Virus record (IMG/VR): IMGVR_UViG_3300025018_000056
Location: 1 to 38,949 of that record
Source: a virus
Lineage: Duplodnaviria > Caudoviricetes
DNA: 38,949 nucleotides
Reading direction: 5' to 3' (one strand)
The notes beneath the pieces are model-generated. The model was not told the DNA's origin, did not search any database, and saw only the letters and a program-made list of their open reading frames with translations. Shown piece by piece: positions 9,937-19,120 of the stretch; position 1 is the stretch's first letter; each line of letters opens with the position of its first letter. The position numbers and the translations under genes are program-made.

Positions 9937-11781
9937 TTAGTTATCGTGTTTAATTAGTAGTTCGGTTTCAGAGATTGCTATCCCAACTTTGCGAGATTGA
10001 GAACCAGCTACTGTTCCTATCGCTCCTGCAGTATCTGATAAATAATAAGTTGTGCCTAGTGTCAAAGCTGTATGATTATCACTAATACCACCAACATTCA
10101 CTAAACCAGAAGCTCCAGATGTTATGTTTGCATCAGCAAAACCAAAAAAGTTTGTAAATAGATAACTTGTGGCAGAGGTAGATTGAGCTTTGTAGATTTT
10201 TACTGTATCAATTATCTGTTCTGTAATAACAAGAGAGAAATCATTGGTTGTTGGTTCACCCCAAGTAGAGCCACCATTTGAAGAAGCTACTATAGTTCCA
10301 CCAGCATAAATTGAACTTGCATTAAGTAACCAAGTTACTTTATTACTTCCATCAGCACTTGGAGCTGAAATTACAATAGCATACTGTGTTGAAGCTTTAA
10401 CAAAATATGGAGAAGTAAAAGTAAAATTCATCTCTGAATAGTTTCCAACACCACTTGCTGCTATAGTAGATACTGCAAAACTTGTTGAAGTTAAAATACT
10501 CCCAGTTGGCTTACCACCAGATGTTGCATAAAGAGAAATAACCACATTGCCTGTTGGAGAATTAACTCGCCCTAATTTAACTTTACCGCCAACTATATTT
10601 ACTGTATTATTAGCTGTAGTAAAAGTTTGTGCTGACCATTCACTTCCATAGACATCTGCACCTGATGTTCCAGCTGGAGAAATAGTAAGTAATGCTGTAG
10701 ATGTGTTAGAAGCAATAGGATAAGTAGAAACAGCATTACCAGTAGTAATATTTTCTCCTGCTACGAAAGATTTCTGTACTTTTGATTTATTATTTATATC
10801 ATCACTCAACCACCCATCATCTAACTTCCCACTCCCATCAGCAATCGGTATCAAGCTAGCAGTAGGGGTTGAGGTGGCAATTAATGATACTAGTGTTGAT
10901 GTACTTAATCCAATACCGCTAGCACCTTGTGTTAAACCTGTTGAACTATCAATGTTTTGATAAATACCAGTTGTTGAAGTCACCATTCCTTTATCGGATC
11001 GAACGTAAACTCCAGCTGTTTCAGGTGAAGTACCTAATACTCTCAAACCTTCGCCTGTTGCAATATTAGCCGCAGTAAAACCACCAGCTCCAACAGTATC
11101 TACATAATATTTAGTGGCAAGTTCTCCGTTAGCGTCTGGTAAGGCAGTAGAAGAAGAAACAATAGGGAATTGATTATAAGTCCAAATGTTTTCAATTATT
11201 TCTGCGTTTTCTTTATTAGCGAAATCGTTATAAAACCCTGCTGTGTTAGATAGGCGGAATAATGAGCCGATTGAGTGAGAAAGTGCTAGACCAGATGTTT
11301 CAGTATAAGGATATTGTGCCAAAGCAGTTTTGACTCCCGTCAAGGTTTTAGTTCCGTCAGAGTTGGTCGTAATGCCTGTAAAAGAGATTGACTCTGATAC
11401 TCCGTCAGGATTTATACGACCATACATTTTAGTTGATGAACCCATTGTAATATCAGTTCCATAGATGTCTTCTAAGTCATCTAAGGTCAAAGTTGTGTCC
11501 CCAGCGGCTGCACCATTATATAGTTGCCAGTCAGATGACTCAATATAAACTCTCGGAGCAGATGATGCGGGTGTAGGAGTGCCACCCAATAAAGGTTCAT
11601 CTAAATCAACCTCTAAACCGATAGGAAGTTTGGTTGGGTCAGTTATGCCATATTTATTTAATTCTGTTCGCCAATTATCACCCCATAATTTAATAGGATA
11701 ATCTCCTTTCTGTACTGTGTAGCCAAAAGCAACAGTAGGAAGAAGCACGAGTGCAAAAATGATTGCGTATATTTTCTTCAT
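9937..11781 (-). CDS. Tail fibre/spike-like protein with signal peptide and LysM-like domain
   Basis: Signal peptide aa 1-20; YTVQKGD...ITDPTKLPIGLEV LysM pattern; ATKYYVD fibre motif; T/S/G-rich. Confidence 0.7.
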   Translation of the reverse strand: MKKIYAIIFALVLLPTVAFGYTVQKGDYPIKLWGDNWRTELNKYGITDPTKLPIGLEVDLDEPLLGGTPTPASSAPRVYIESSDWQLYNGAAAGDTTLTLDDLEDIYGTDITMGSSTKMYGRINPDGVSESISFTGITTNSDGTKTLTGVKTALAQYPYTETSGLALSHSIGSLFRLSNTAGFYNDFANKENAEIIENIWTYNQFPIVSSSTALPDANGELATKYYVDTVGAGGFTAANIATGEGLRVLGTSPETAGVYVRSDKGMVTSTTGIYQNIDSSTGLTQGASGIGLSTSTLVSLIATSTPTASLIPIADGSGKLDDGWLSDDINNKSKVQKSFVAGENITTGNAVSTYPIASNTSTALLTISPAGTSGADVYGSEWSAQTFTTANNTVNIVGGKVKLGRVNSPTGNVVISLYATSGGKPTGSILTSTSFAVSTIAASGVGNYSEMNFTFTSPYFVKASTQYAIVISAPSADGSNKVTWLLNASSIYAGGTIVASSNGGSTWGEPTTNDFSLVITEQIIDTVKIYKAQSTSATSYLFTNFFGFADANITSGASGLVNVGGISDNHTALTLGTTYYLSDTAGAIGTVAGSQSRKVGIAISETELLIKHDN

Positions 11782-11782
11782 A

Positions 11783-13639
11783 TTAAAATTTTAGATTATT
11801 AGACTGCCCTTCAATGGCAGAAATATTTAATGCGTATGAACATAATTCCCATCTTGCTCCAAGTTTCTCGGATTGAAATGATACTTGTAATTCGTAAAAT
11901 GGTCTTTCAGGAATTGATATAAACCCTCTAAATCTTCTCAAACCTGTTTCTGTTAATGTTTCACTTCTTCCACCCAGTGAGCGATTGCCTAGTGAGTAAT
12001 ACCCTAGTCCACCACCAGTTTGTACGATTACCACATTATCATCAGTTCCTTTAAGTGTTCGTTTTACAGACTGTTCTCCGAAGTCGTAGGTAAGGATTAT
12101 ATCCAGTTCGGTATTGGCTCGGATATAGCCATCAACCCACATAAGATTAAACTTCTTCTTATTAAAAGGCAAGTCAAAGTCAGTGTAAGAAGAATACCAT
12201 TTAGCACTTATAGGGGATTGTATTGCTTCGCTTACATAATTGTCCGAGTAGTTAGAGTCAAGGAGTTTATAAGTATTCTTAGTAGCAGGATCGTGAGCAT
12301 AAAGGTCGCCACCATATTCAAATAGCACAGAAGCAGGAATAGTCCAAGGGGTTTCCCAAATACCTAGTCTAAGATTGCGGATTATTATGCGATTATTGGC
12401 GTTATCATCACTATCTTCTTTAATCGTGGTGTAAAACTTATTTTTGTAGTAAGTACTGGAAGCCTTATCTACCCCGGCGACATCTATAAAACCTTTAATA
12501 TCATCGGAAAGGGATATGCTTTGAGGTGTGCTAACATTTTCTACATTACCTAAGAAATCAATCGTTGGCTCTCCACTAGTGTATACAGTGTAGTTTTTCA
12601 TATTCGTTACCGCCAGATTGTTTGTCGCACCTTCTAATGGAGATGTCTTGAGTGGTTTTATAACTATTTCTTCTTTTGAAAGGTCAGAACTAGGACTAAA
12701 TATAAATTGATACCATTGGTTTTTAGTAGAGATATAAAGTGCTTCACCATCTGCTTGTGTAATTACGCTTGTTGGTGTTTCGTCTAGGTTAAAATCAGAG
12801 GCTTCACCAGCTAAACGAGGGAAGGTCGGAGCAGAAAAATCAGTATAGTCAGTATTCTTGCTCATTTCCACAGTATTACGTTGTCTATCAAACACAAATA
12901 AGTAGTTGAGATAAAGCCCTATAAAGTCGTTAGAAAGCCCAGCAGAGGGGGTTGTAGTAGACTCACGCACTTCTTGTAGCACCACTGCCCCAGCAGTTAA
13001 ACTTAATGCTGTAAGGTCAACATCTACCCCCGTTAAAGTCGTAGTACTCTCTCCCCCTGTATAGGTAAAGGTATGCCAAGTACCAGCATCGTCTTTTATT
13101 CTTCCTTGTCGTGTTCCAGCAGTCAAAAAGCGTTCTTCTGCCCACGAGGTAGTGCCTTGTTTAGTTAGGGTATTAGCTGTAGCCGAAGCGTAAGTTGTAG
13201 AACCACCACTCCACATAAAAATAGAGTCAGAACCATCAACGAATAACAATAAGTCTTGCACTTCGGTTGAACTCCACCAACCCAGTAAGTTTCCAGCTCC
13301 TCTGTTTAGAAAACTTGCACCCTGTGTTGCAATATCATCAATTAGAGTTTCCCAAGTAGTGCCGATATAAACCTCTACAAAGCCGTTAGTCCCGTCAGAA
13401 TAAGTCCTAAGAGCATATTCATCGCCTGTGCTTGTCTTCCAAGAGCCACCGTCTAAAATACCATAACGGTCGGTTGAGCGAGTTCCAAGATAAGAAAACC
13501 CAGGGCGAACACCTATTTTAGTGTCGTCAATTACTTCAATGTTTTTAGAGCCAGAAACAGCTACACCAACCTCTTCTACGGTTACATCTTTCTTTTGTTT
13601 GAAGCCTCTCCCAAAATTGTTAATAGACCAATATTTCAT
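11783..13639 (-). CDS. Putative tail nozzle/tubular (P22 gp10-like stabilisation) protein
   Basis: 618 aa beta-rich; early VRPGF motif; follows the adaptor-like gene. Confidence 0.6.
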   Translation of the reverse strand: MKYWSINNFGRGFKQKKDVTVEEVGVAVSGSKNIEVIDDTKIGVRPGFSYLGTRSTDRYGILDGGSWKTSTGDEYALRTYSDGTNGFVEVYIGTTWETLIDDIATQGASFLNRGAGNLLGWWSSTEVQDLLLFVDGSDSIFMWSGGSTTYASATANTLTKQGTTSWAEERFLTAGTRQGRIKDDAGTWHTFTYTGGESTTTLTGVDVDLTALSLTAGAVVLQEVRESTTTPSAGLSNDFIGLYLNYLFVFDRQRNTVEMSKNTDYTDFSAPTFPRLAGEASDFNLDETPTSVITQADGEALYISTKNQWYQFIFSPSSDLSKEEIVIKPLKTSPLEGATNNLAVTNMKNYTVYTSGEPTIDFLGNVENVSTPQSISLSDDIKGFIDVAGVDKASSTYYKNKFYTTIKEDSDDNANNRIIIRNLRLGIWETPWTIPASVLFEYGGDLYAHDPATKNTYKLLDSNYSDNYVSEAIQSPISAKWYSSYTDFDLPFNKKKFNLMWVDGYIRANTELDIILTYDFGEQSVKRTLKGTDDNVVIVQTGGGLGYYSLGNRSLGGRSETLTETGLRRFRGFISIPERPFYELQVSFQSEKLGARWELCSYALNISAIEGQSNNLKF

Positions 13640-13643
13640 ATTT

Positions 13644-14771
13644 TTAATAGAATGACTTTTCTTTTTTTCTCATTGTCGGGAATTTAAGTTTATAATTTTG
13701 TTTAGCAGTTAGATAATCTTTTTCAATTCTTGTTAAGTCGTTTTCTCCCATAGGAATACGCTTTGCTACCTCATAAGTACATCTCCTAGCCCAGACCTTA
13801 AATTCTTCTGGATCAGCGTTTAGAATATCAGAGTCAGCAGTAGATGTTTCTTGCCAAGTGCCACCAGAAGTTCTCCAAGCGTAAATTGAATTGTAAAGTA
13901 AGTCATAACCATCACCCTCAGCGAAAAATAGTGAGTCAAAAATTATGTCGCTAGTAGAAGCTACAGAATAAGTTGCTGTTATTTTAGCGTAGTCAATCGT
14001 GTCCTCATCAGGAGAACCAGTTTCTGTTTCACCACTTCTATCAAAACCTACCAAGTTCCAACCCTCTACAAAAGCGGTAAGATTAATCGGAGTTGTAGCT
14101 GTTGCCGAATAGTAGTTTGAAGCGTCATTGCCGTATAAGAGTGTCAGACTGGTTAGGTTGGTAATAGTTGGCAAATAAACCCATACAAAGCCATAAGTAG
14201 AGTCCGAGATATCTACTTGCGACATTGTAGAATTGACGATTGAATTGCTTGTGCCTGTATTAGTAATCTGAATAGCATAGTCGCCTGAAATAAAGTTAGT
14301 GGCATTTAGAACAATAGCTGTGGCATCATCAGTCGCAGTCCAAGTCCCGTTATCAGTCAAAGACTCCATTGTGTGTAAAGTCTTAGAAGCGTTTGAAGTA
14401 AAGTTTCCTACTAGCCATTTAAGACCTTTATCATAATCAAAAGCAAAGGTATCGGACTCTTTATTTGTGAACCATTTGCGTAAATCTACTTTACGATAAT
14501 TAGTGTAAGAGCCTGTATCTTGATATTTATACTTCTGGATATCAATCAATGCCTCGTCAGACATATCTGTTGGGAGTGGATATTTAAAAACATTGTCCCA
14601 CAAAGCTCTAAAAGTTCGTGTGTGTCTTTGCAAAGAGCGATAATCAAAGTCTGTTATTTCGTCTCTAATAGCGTCATTTATTACAGTACGCAAATTAGGA
14701 GTGACGCTATCACTTTGATTTCTTGTTTCTCCGTCTATGTAGTTCTTTAGATTTAGATAGTTATATGACAT
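13644..14771 (-). CDS. Putative head-tail adaptor with inserted beta-sandwich domain
   Basis: Helical N- and C-termini (INDAIRD, KYPLPTD) around a CBM-like region (EGWNLV, IIFDSL). Confidence 0.55.
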   Translation of the reverse strand: MSYNYLNLKNYIDGETRNQSDSVTPNLRTVINDAIRDEITDFDYRSLQRHTRTFRALWDNVFKYPLPTDMSDEALIDIQKYKYQDTGSYTNYRKVDLRKWFTNKESDTFAFDYDKGLKWLVGNFTSNASKTLHTMESLTDNGTWTATDDATAIVLNATNFISGDYAIQITNTGTSNSIVNSTMSQVDISDSTYGFVWVYLPTITNLTSLTLLYGNDASNYYSATATTPINLTAFVEGWNLVGFDRSGETETGSPDEDTIDYAKITATYSVASTSDIIFDSLFFAEGDGYDLLYNSIYAWRTSGGTWQETSTADSDILNADPEEFKVWARRCTYEVAKRIPMGENDLTRIEKDYLTAKQNYKLKFPTMRKKEKSFY

Positions 14772-14811
14772 ATTAAAGTATTATTTTTTCCAAAAATATA
14801 ATTATATTTAT

Positions 14812-14839
14812 CTCTCGGCTCATCGGTTTAAGCCGAGAG
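14812..14839. terminator. Intergenic hairpin after the peptidase gene
   Basis: Perfect 9-bp stem CTCTCGGCT/AGCCGAGAG. Confidence 0.55.
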
Positions 14840-14847
14840 GAAATATA

Positions 14848-16113
14848 CTATTTAAATTGATAGTAAAGTTTTCTAGCAATCCCGTATAAGGTAAAACTTG
14901 CTGTAATAATCACACCAATATAATTTACCACTTCGTCAATTAGTGTTTCTGGGATATCTAAGTTAAAAAAACTTACTAACATTACTATTAAAGGAACAAG
15001 CGATTTTAGAGTTAAACTAATCTTTTCTGGATTAGCACTTGAACCTAATGAAGGATATCTTCTTGTTATGTTCATATTGTTGGTTAATAAATAATTTAAT
15101 TTTTCTATAAATGTTTTTGGTACTTGCATAGGTTTTTCACTTCCTTGCACAGGTTTTTTTGTTGTAATCCAATATTCAATCGGATAAGGAAATTCTTCTA
15201 CACTAACTCTTGGAAGTTCTTTGTAATCATCTACACCATAAAGAGTTTTAAATAATTTACCACCTGCTACTTCACCATCTGCAAAAGCCATCATAGCCTC
15301 TTCACCTTCAACTTTTACGGCGATAGTTGGCTCACCTACTTTTTTATATGTTGTAATCATATTGTTTTTTTTAATTGAGTGAACAGCTGGGAATTGGAAT
15401 TTATAATCTTTGTGGAAAGCAATTAATTGTTTGCTCTCGCTATCAAATACTATTTTCTTGTCGTCTTTCGGACCGAGATAAAGTACAGCGTGAGAATAAG
15501 GATTACCTGCATTAACTATTACTCCGTCTTTCCAAATGTATTTACCTTCTACTGCGACAGTCACAGGGGATATGCTAAGAGCTTCTTGATAAGCATAAGC
15601 GTCTTGTTGAGAGCCAAAGAATTGGTATCTTACCTCATAACTTTCTCCTCTTTTTTCTACGATAGCTTTTAAGTCATCACTAATTTTCTTTGAGTAATTA
15701 TATTCTACTGTCTTATCTCGTTCAGTTGGAAATTCACTTTCCCAAGCACAAAATTTTCTTCTCATTACTTCAAACACTTTTTCAAAAGAGTTACCACGCC
15801 CTGGGATAGTTCCTGTAATTATAGCCGAGTAAAGTTCAGACCAGTTTACTTCTTGATTATATCTTTTTTTGTAAATAAATTCCCAAGCATTAGTAATGGA
15901 ATTATTAGTACAGTTGTATAAATCACCATCTAAAACTCTTTGTATTTCTGGCTCAATATCTATATCCCACCAGATACCAGATGTATTAATTTGCTCTAAT
16001 TGTATAGCCGCCCCCAAAATATGAGCTTCTTCACTTACAGGCTCTATGATTAAGTTTCCTTTAGGCTGAATTAAATCTTCTTCCCTAGTAACTAGCTTGT
16101 CTATTAATTGCAT
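14848..16113 (-). CDS. Papain-fold (clan CA) cysteine peptidase fused to a C-terminal holin-like 2-TM domain
   Basis: Oxyanion Gln and Cys in EIQ...YNCT; His in YSHAVLYLG; Asp in VFDS; two C-terminal hydrophobic helices ending GIARK. Confidence 0.7.
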   Translation of the reverse strand: MQLIDKLVTREEDLIQPKGNLIIEPVSEEAHILGAAIQLEQINTSGIWWDIDIEPEIQRVLDGDLYNCTNNSITNAWEFIYKKRYNQEVNWSELYSAIITGTIPGRGNSFEKVFEVMRRKFCAWESEFPTERDKTVEYNYSKKISDDLKAIVEKRGESYEVRYQFFGSQQDAYAYQEALSISPVTVAVEGKYIWKDGVIVNAGNPYSHAVLYLGPKDDKKIVFDSESKQLIAFHKDYKFQFPAVHSIKKNNMITTYKKVGEPTIAVKVEGEEAMMAFADGEVAGGKLFKTLYGVDDYKELPRVSVEEFPYPIEYWITTKKPVQGSEKPMQVPKTFIEKLNYLLTNNMNITRRYPSLGSSANPEKISLTLKSLVPLIVMLVSFFNLDIPETLIDEVVNYIGVIITASFTLYGIARKLYYQFK

Positions 16114-16232
16114 ATAATTTTACTTAAAATTAAACCTATTAATTTATACCACCCCCACGCTAACAATAAACACCAAACTAATATAACAGTTCCGAATAGT
16201 AGATAATAAAATGCTGTTCTTCGTCTGTCCAT
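16104..16232 (-). CDS. 42-aa membrane microprotein (MDRRRTAFYYLLFGTVILVWCLLLAWGW...)
   Basis: Hand-translated; fills the gap; basic N-terminus plus TM helix. Confidence 0.55.
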   Translation of the reverse strand: MDRRRTAFYYLLFGTVILVWCLLLAWGWYKLIGLILSKIICN

Positions 16233-16244
16233 ATTTTTATGGTT

Positions 16245-16451
16245 TTAAATATACTCCTTTATTATTATGAAAATTATCGGCAATAAAATAACTTCTGTAA
16301 TGAGCAATGCACCAATTATTTTATTCTGCCACGCTTCTAATTTATTTACTCTACCATTAGTTTTTGTGGTTTGGATTATTACTGCGTCTAATTTAGAATG
16401 AACATTTTCTAATTTAGAATCAAACAGTTTTTCAAGGTCTTGAACCTCCAT
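16245..16451 (-). CDS. Small coiled-coil + TM protein (XhlA/holin-like)
   Basis: QTTKTNGRVNKLEAWQ followed by a C-terminal TM helix. Confidence 0.6.
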   Translation of the reverse strand: MEVQDLEKLFDSKLENVHSKLDAVIIQTTKTNGRVNKLEAWQNKIIGALLITEVILLPIIFIIIKEYI

Positions 16452-16526
16452 ATTTAATTAAGTTATTTTAAAAGGTGGTAGTTTTAAGGATAGGCACTAC
16501 CGAGCCTTGGTGGGGATAAAGAGCAG

Positions 16527-16736
16527 TTAAGTGGTGGGATGTTCTTCCCAATAGGCAGAGATGTTTCCACATCCACAGCAGAGGTGTAGTATTTCCAAAC
16601 TTTCGTCTTGCGGGTTATAGCCTACAACCTGCGTTCGTTCCTTCTTGCATTTGGGACAGACTTTGACTTCATAAGATAAGTCATTTTCATATCCCATAGC
16701 TCGGAAGTTTGGTCGGTCGTAATCACGCTTTCCCAT
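16527..16736 (-). CDS. Zinc-ribbon protein (likely start 16736)
   Basis: CPKC...CCGC; purine-rich GAAAGG upstream of ATG 16736. Confidence 0.6.
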   Translation of the reverse strand: MGKRDYDRPNFRAMGYENDLSYEVKVCPKCKKERTQVVGYNPQDESLEILHLCCGCGNISAYWEEHPTT

Positions 16737-16941
16737 TTCTGTCGCCTTTCTCAAAAATCCAGTCCAGTGAGTTATTCCACCATTCATTCCATTGCCCTTT
16801 AGTGGGGCGAATTTTCATCACATTGCCACATTCAAGGCAAGTGAGTTCCAAATAGTGAAATAAGCTAATAAAGGTAGTCTGGTAATGAGTATGCGTTTGA
16901 CACTTCGGACATTTGACAGTCCATTCTTGAGGTATTCTCAT
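16723..16941 (-). CDS. Zinc-ribbon protein (likely start 16941, MRIPQEW)
   Basis: CPKC...CLEC; GGGAGG SD upstream; ATGA overlap with the upstream ORF. Confidence 0.65.
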   Translation of the reverse strand: MRIPQEWTVKCPKCQTHTHYQTTFISLFHYLELTCLECGNVMKIRPTKGQWNEWWNNSLDWIFEKGDRNGKA

Positions 16942-17033
16942 CGTGTTTCCTCCCAGTTTTGTCCGTCTTGCGTGGTGTAAAGAACCATTCTTGCCAGTAT
17001 GTATCCGACTGGCACTATGCGTATTAGCCACAT
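16938..17033 (-). CDS. 31-aa peptide (MWLIRIVPVGYILARMVLYTTQDGQNWEETR)
   Basis: GGAGG SD 8 nt upstream; its TGA overlaps the next ATG. Confidence 0.5.
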   Translation of the reverse strand: MWLIRIVPVGYILARMVLYTTQDGQNWEETR

Positions 17034-17098
17034 CGCTTTTGCCTCCGTTGTTAATTCCCCCAATTATGCCTACCTAGTAGATAGGCACTATGGAAAAG

Positions 17099-19096
17099 TT
17101 AAGTTACCAACCCTGTTATATTCCAAGGATTACTAACCTCATAAGTAATACCAGCTTCATTTTGCAATACTACACCTTTTAATATTCCTTTTTGATTCCA
17201 TTGGGAAGTATAAATTGCACCCAAAGAACCTGCACCGATATTTGTATTATTATTAATATAAAATGTAAAATTATTTCCATAACCACTATAAGGAGACGCA
17301 CAAGATCTATTATTAGCACTATTCATTACGACATTTTGTATATAGAAAGTTCCTCTACAACCATTACCCGATATACCTATTAATGTTGAATCCACGGCAG
17401 AAGCAACATTTGAATAAATTACTGTTCCAAAATCTGTCCCAGCTGAACCATAATTCACACTCACACCAGAACCAGAAAAATCAGCAACTAATTTACTTAA
17501 ATCACCTTTATAAAGAAAGGTTAAATTTACAGCTTCATCACAACTATTAACTGTTAATTTACCACTCATTACAACATTAGACATCAAACCTTTAAATACA
17601 CTGGTCATTAAACCACTTGCACTAGCACCCCAAACAACATCATTTATCACAAGAGAATCAGTCCCATCGTTGGCAGATTCTACATCATAAGCTACTCCAT
17701 TATGAACGAATTTATAGCTTGTTGGATTTGCTTCAACATCTGACAAACTCCAATTTAAGCCACCTTTGGTGATTGTTGTTTTACCAGCAGGATTATTTGG
17801 GTCTAAAGTAGAATCATACAAAGCAACGTGAGCTCCCACTGTTGAACCATAGGTTTTAACAGAATAAGCCGAACCACCATTAATAATCACTCCCCCATTA
17901 GTTTCTTCAAAAGTCCAATTTTGTCCTTCATAAATTATCAAATCCGCAGTTAAGGTATAAGTACCAGCTTTAACAAAGAAACTTTTATCTTCGCCTTCAA
18001 CAGTTGAGGTTTTATTTAAAGACATATAATCGCCATCGCCTACTACATCGCTTATTTTAATATCGTAACCACCACGATCATACAAAACAGCTTTGCTATC
18101 TTTTAGAAGTTTGCCTAGATAAATACCAGCCATTAATTGACCGTTGGTGTCAAAATGAGTTTCGTCTGTATTTATAGATAAACCACCTGTTTCAACTATT
18201 TTAATTCTAGTATCGGCTGTGGCGTTGGTAACTTTAGCGGAATTTATTGTTCTTCTATCCGCACTACTTGGATTAACTTTATAATTTAGAATACTTTTAA
18301 TTGGATAACCGATATCGCTTTCTATATCAGCAAAGAATTGAGCCTCTGAAGCAGCGTAAGTTGAGGTAGCGGTCGTATCATCTTCACCTTGCCACCACAT
18401 CAAAGTAATTACAGGGTTATATCCCATTGCCTCCATTTGTGCGATAGCTAGTAATGCTTTAGCTTTTGCCGCCTCATAAGTGTCATCGCCTTTATTCCAA
18501 CTATTATCAGCAAAACCAGTACCACCTATTGCGTATTTAACTAAGAAATTTTTTTCAGGGTCGCTTTCTTCTAAATATCTAGCTAAGCCTAATTCTGGTC
18601 CGAAATCTTGACCTGCCAATAAATAGGCATTTGATTTTATAGCCAGACCAGTTTGTCCGCTTGAACAAGTACCTTGAATCGTAAAGTAATCTTCGGTTGT
18701 AGTATTTACTTTATACACTCCATCACAATCGGTAGAGCTTGAAATTTTAACACTTCGTAAAGTCTGCATATTGTGTCCTGTGGAGGAAACAATAGAAGTG
18801 CCATCGCCGACATCGGTTATGTTTTGGATTTCATAAGAAGTTCCATTCCATAAATTCATATCCTTAAAAGTAGCACTAACCGAATCAAACACTTGAAATT
18901 TTGGATAACTTTCTTTGGCAAGTACATCGGCTGACACTTCATATAAACGACCAATACCCTCGGCGTTTGATTGACCAAATTCAAGTATAAGGTTTACATC
19001 TTTTGGCATTGTCTTTGTCGTAGCACCCATATAGACACCTGTGTTACATAATAAAGCGATGATTACTGTTGCTATGTATATTTTTATGTTTTTCAT
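17099..19096 (-). CDS. SGNH sialate O-acetylesterase (SASA/CE6-like) plus beta-helix-like domain; probable virion appendage
   Basis: GQSN, GPE, WWQGE and DETH motifs; N-terminal signal peptide. Confidence 0.8.
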   Translation of the reverse strand: MKNIKIYIATVIIALLCNTGVYMGATTKTMPKDVNLILEFGQSNAEGIGRLYEVSADVLAKESYPKFQVFDSVSATFKDMNLWNGTSYEIQNITDVGDGTSIVSSTGHNMQTLRSVKISSSTDCDGVYKVNTTTEDYFTIQGTCSSGQTGLAIKSNAYLLAGQDFGPELGLARYLEESDPEKNFLVKYAIGGTGFADNSWNKGDDTYEAAKAKALLAIAQMEAMGYNPVITLMWWQGEDDTTATSTYAASEAQFFADIESDIGYPIKSILNYKVNPSSADRRTINSAKVTNATADTRIKIVETGGLSINTDETHFDTNGQLMAGIYLGKLLKDSKAVLYDRGGYDIKISDVVGDGDYMSLNKTSTVEGEDKSFFVKAGTYTLTADLIIYEGQNWTFEETNGGVIINGGSAYSVKTYGSTVGAHVALYDSTLDPNNPAGKTTITKGGLNWSLSDVEANPTSYKFVHNGVAYDVESANDGTDSLVINDVVWGASASGLMTSVFKGLMSNVVMSGKLTVNSCDEAVNLTFLYKGDLSKLVADFSGSGVSVNYGSAGTDFGTVIYSNVASAVDSTLIGISGNGCRGTFYIQNVVMNSANNRSCASPYSGYGNNFTFYINNNTNIGAGSLGAIYTSQWNQKGILKGVVLQNEAGITYEVSNPWNITGLVT

Positions 19097-19120
19097 ATTA
19101 TGTATTTCATATTATGTTTT

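Noticed and set aside
16942-17031. GTG-start N-terminal extension of the 16723 ORF
   Set aside because: Better explained by an SD-led ATG at 16941 plus a separate 31-aa ORF in another frame.
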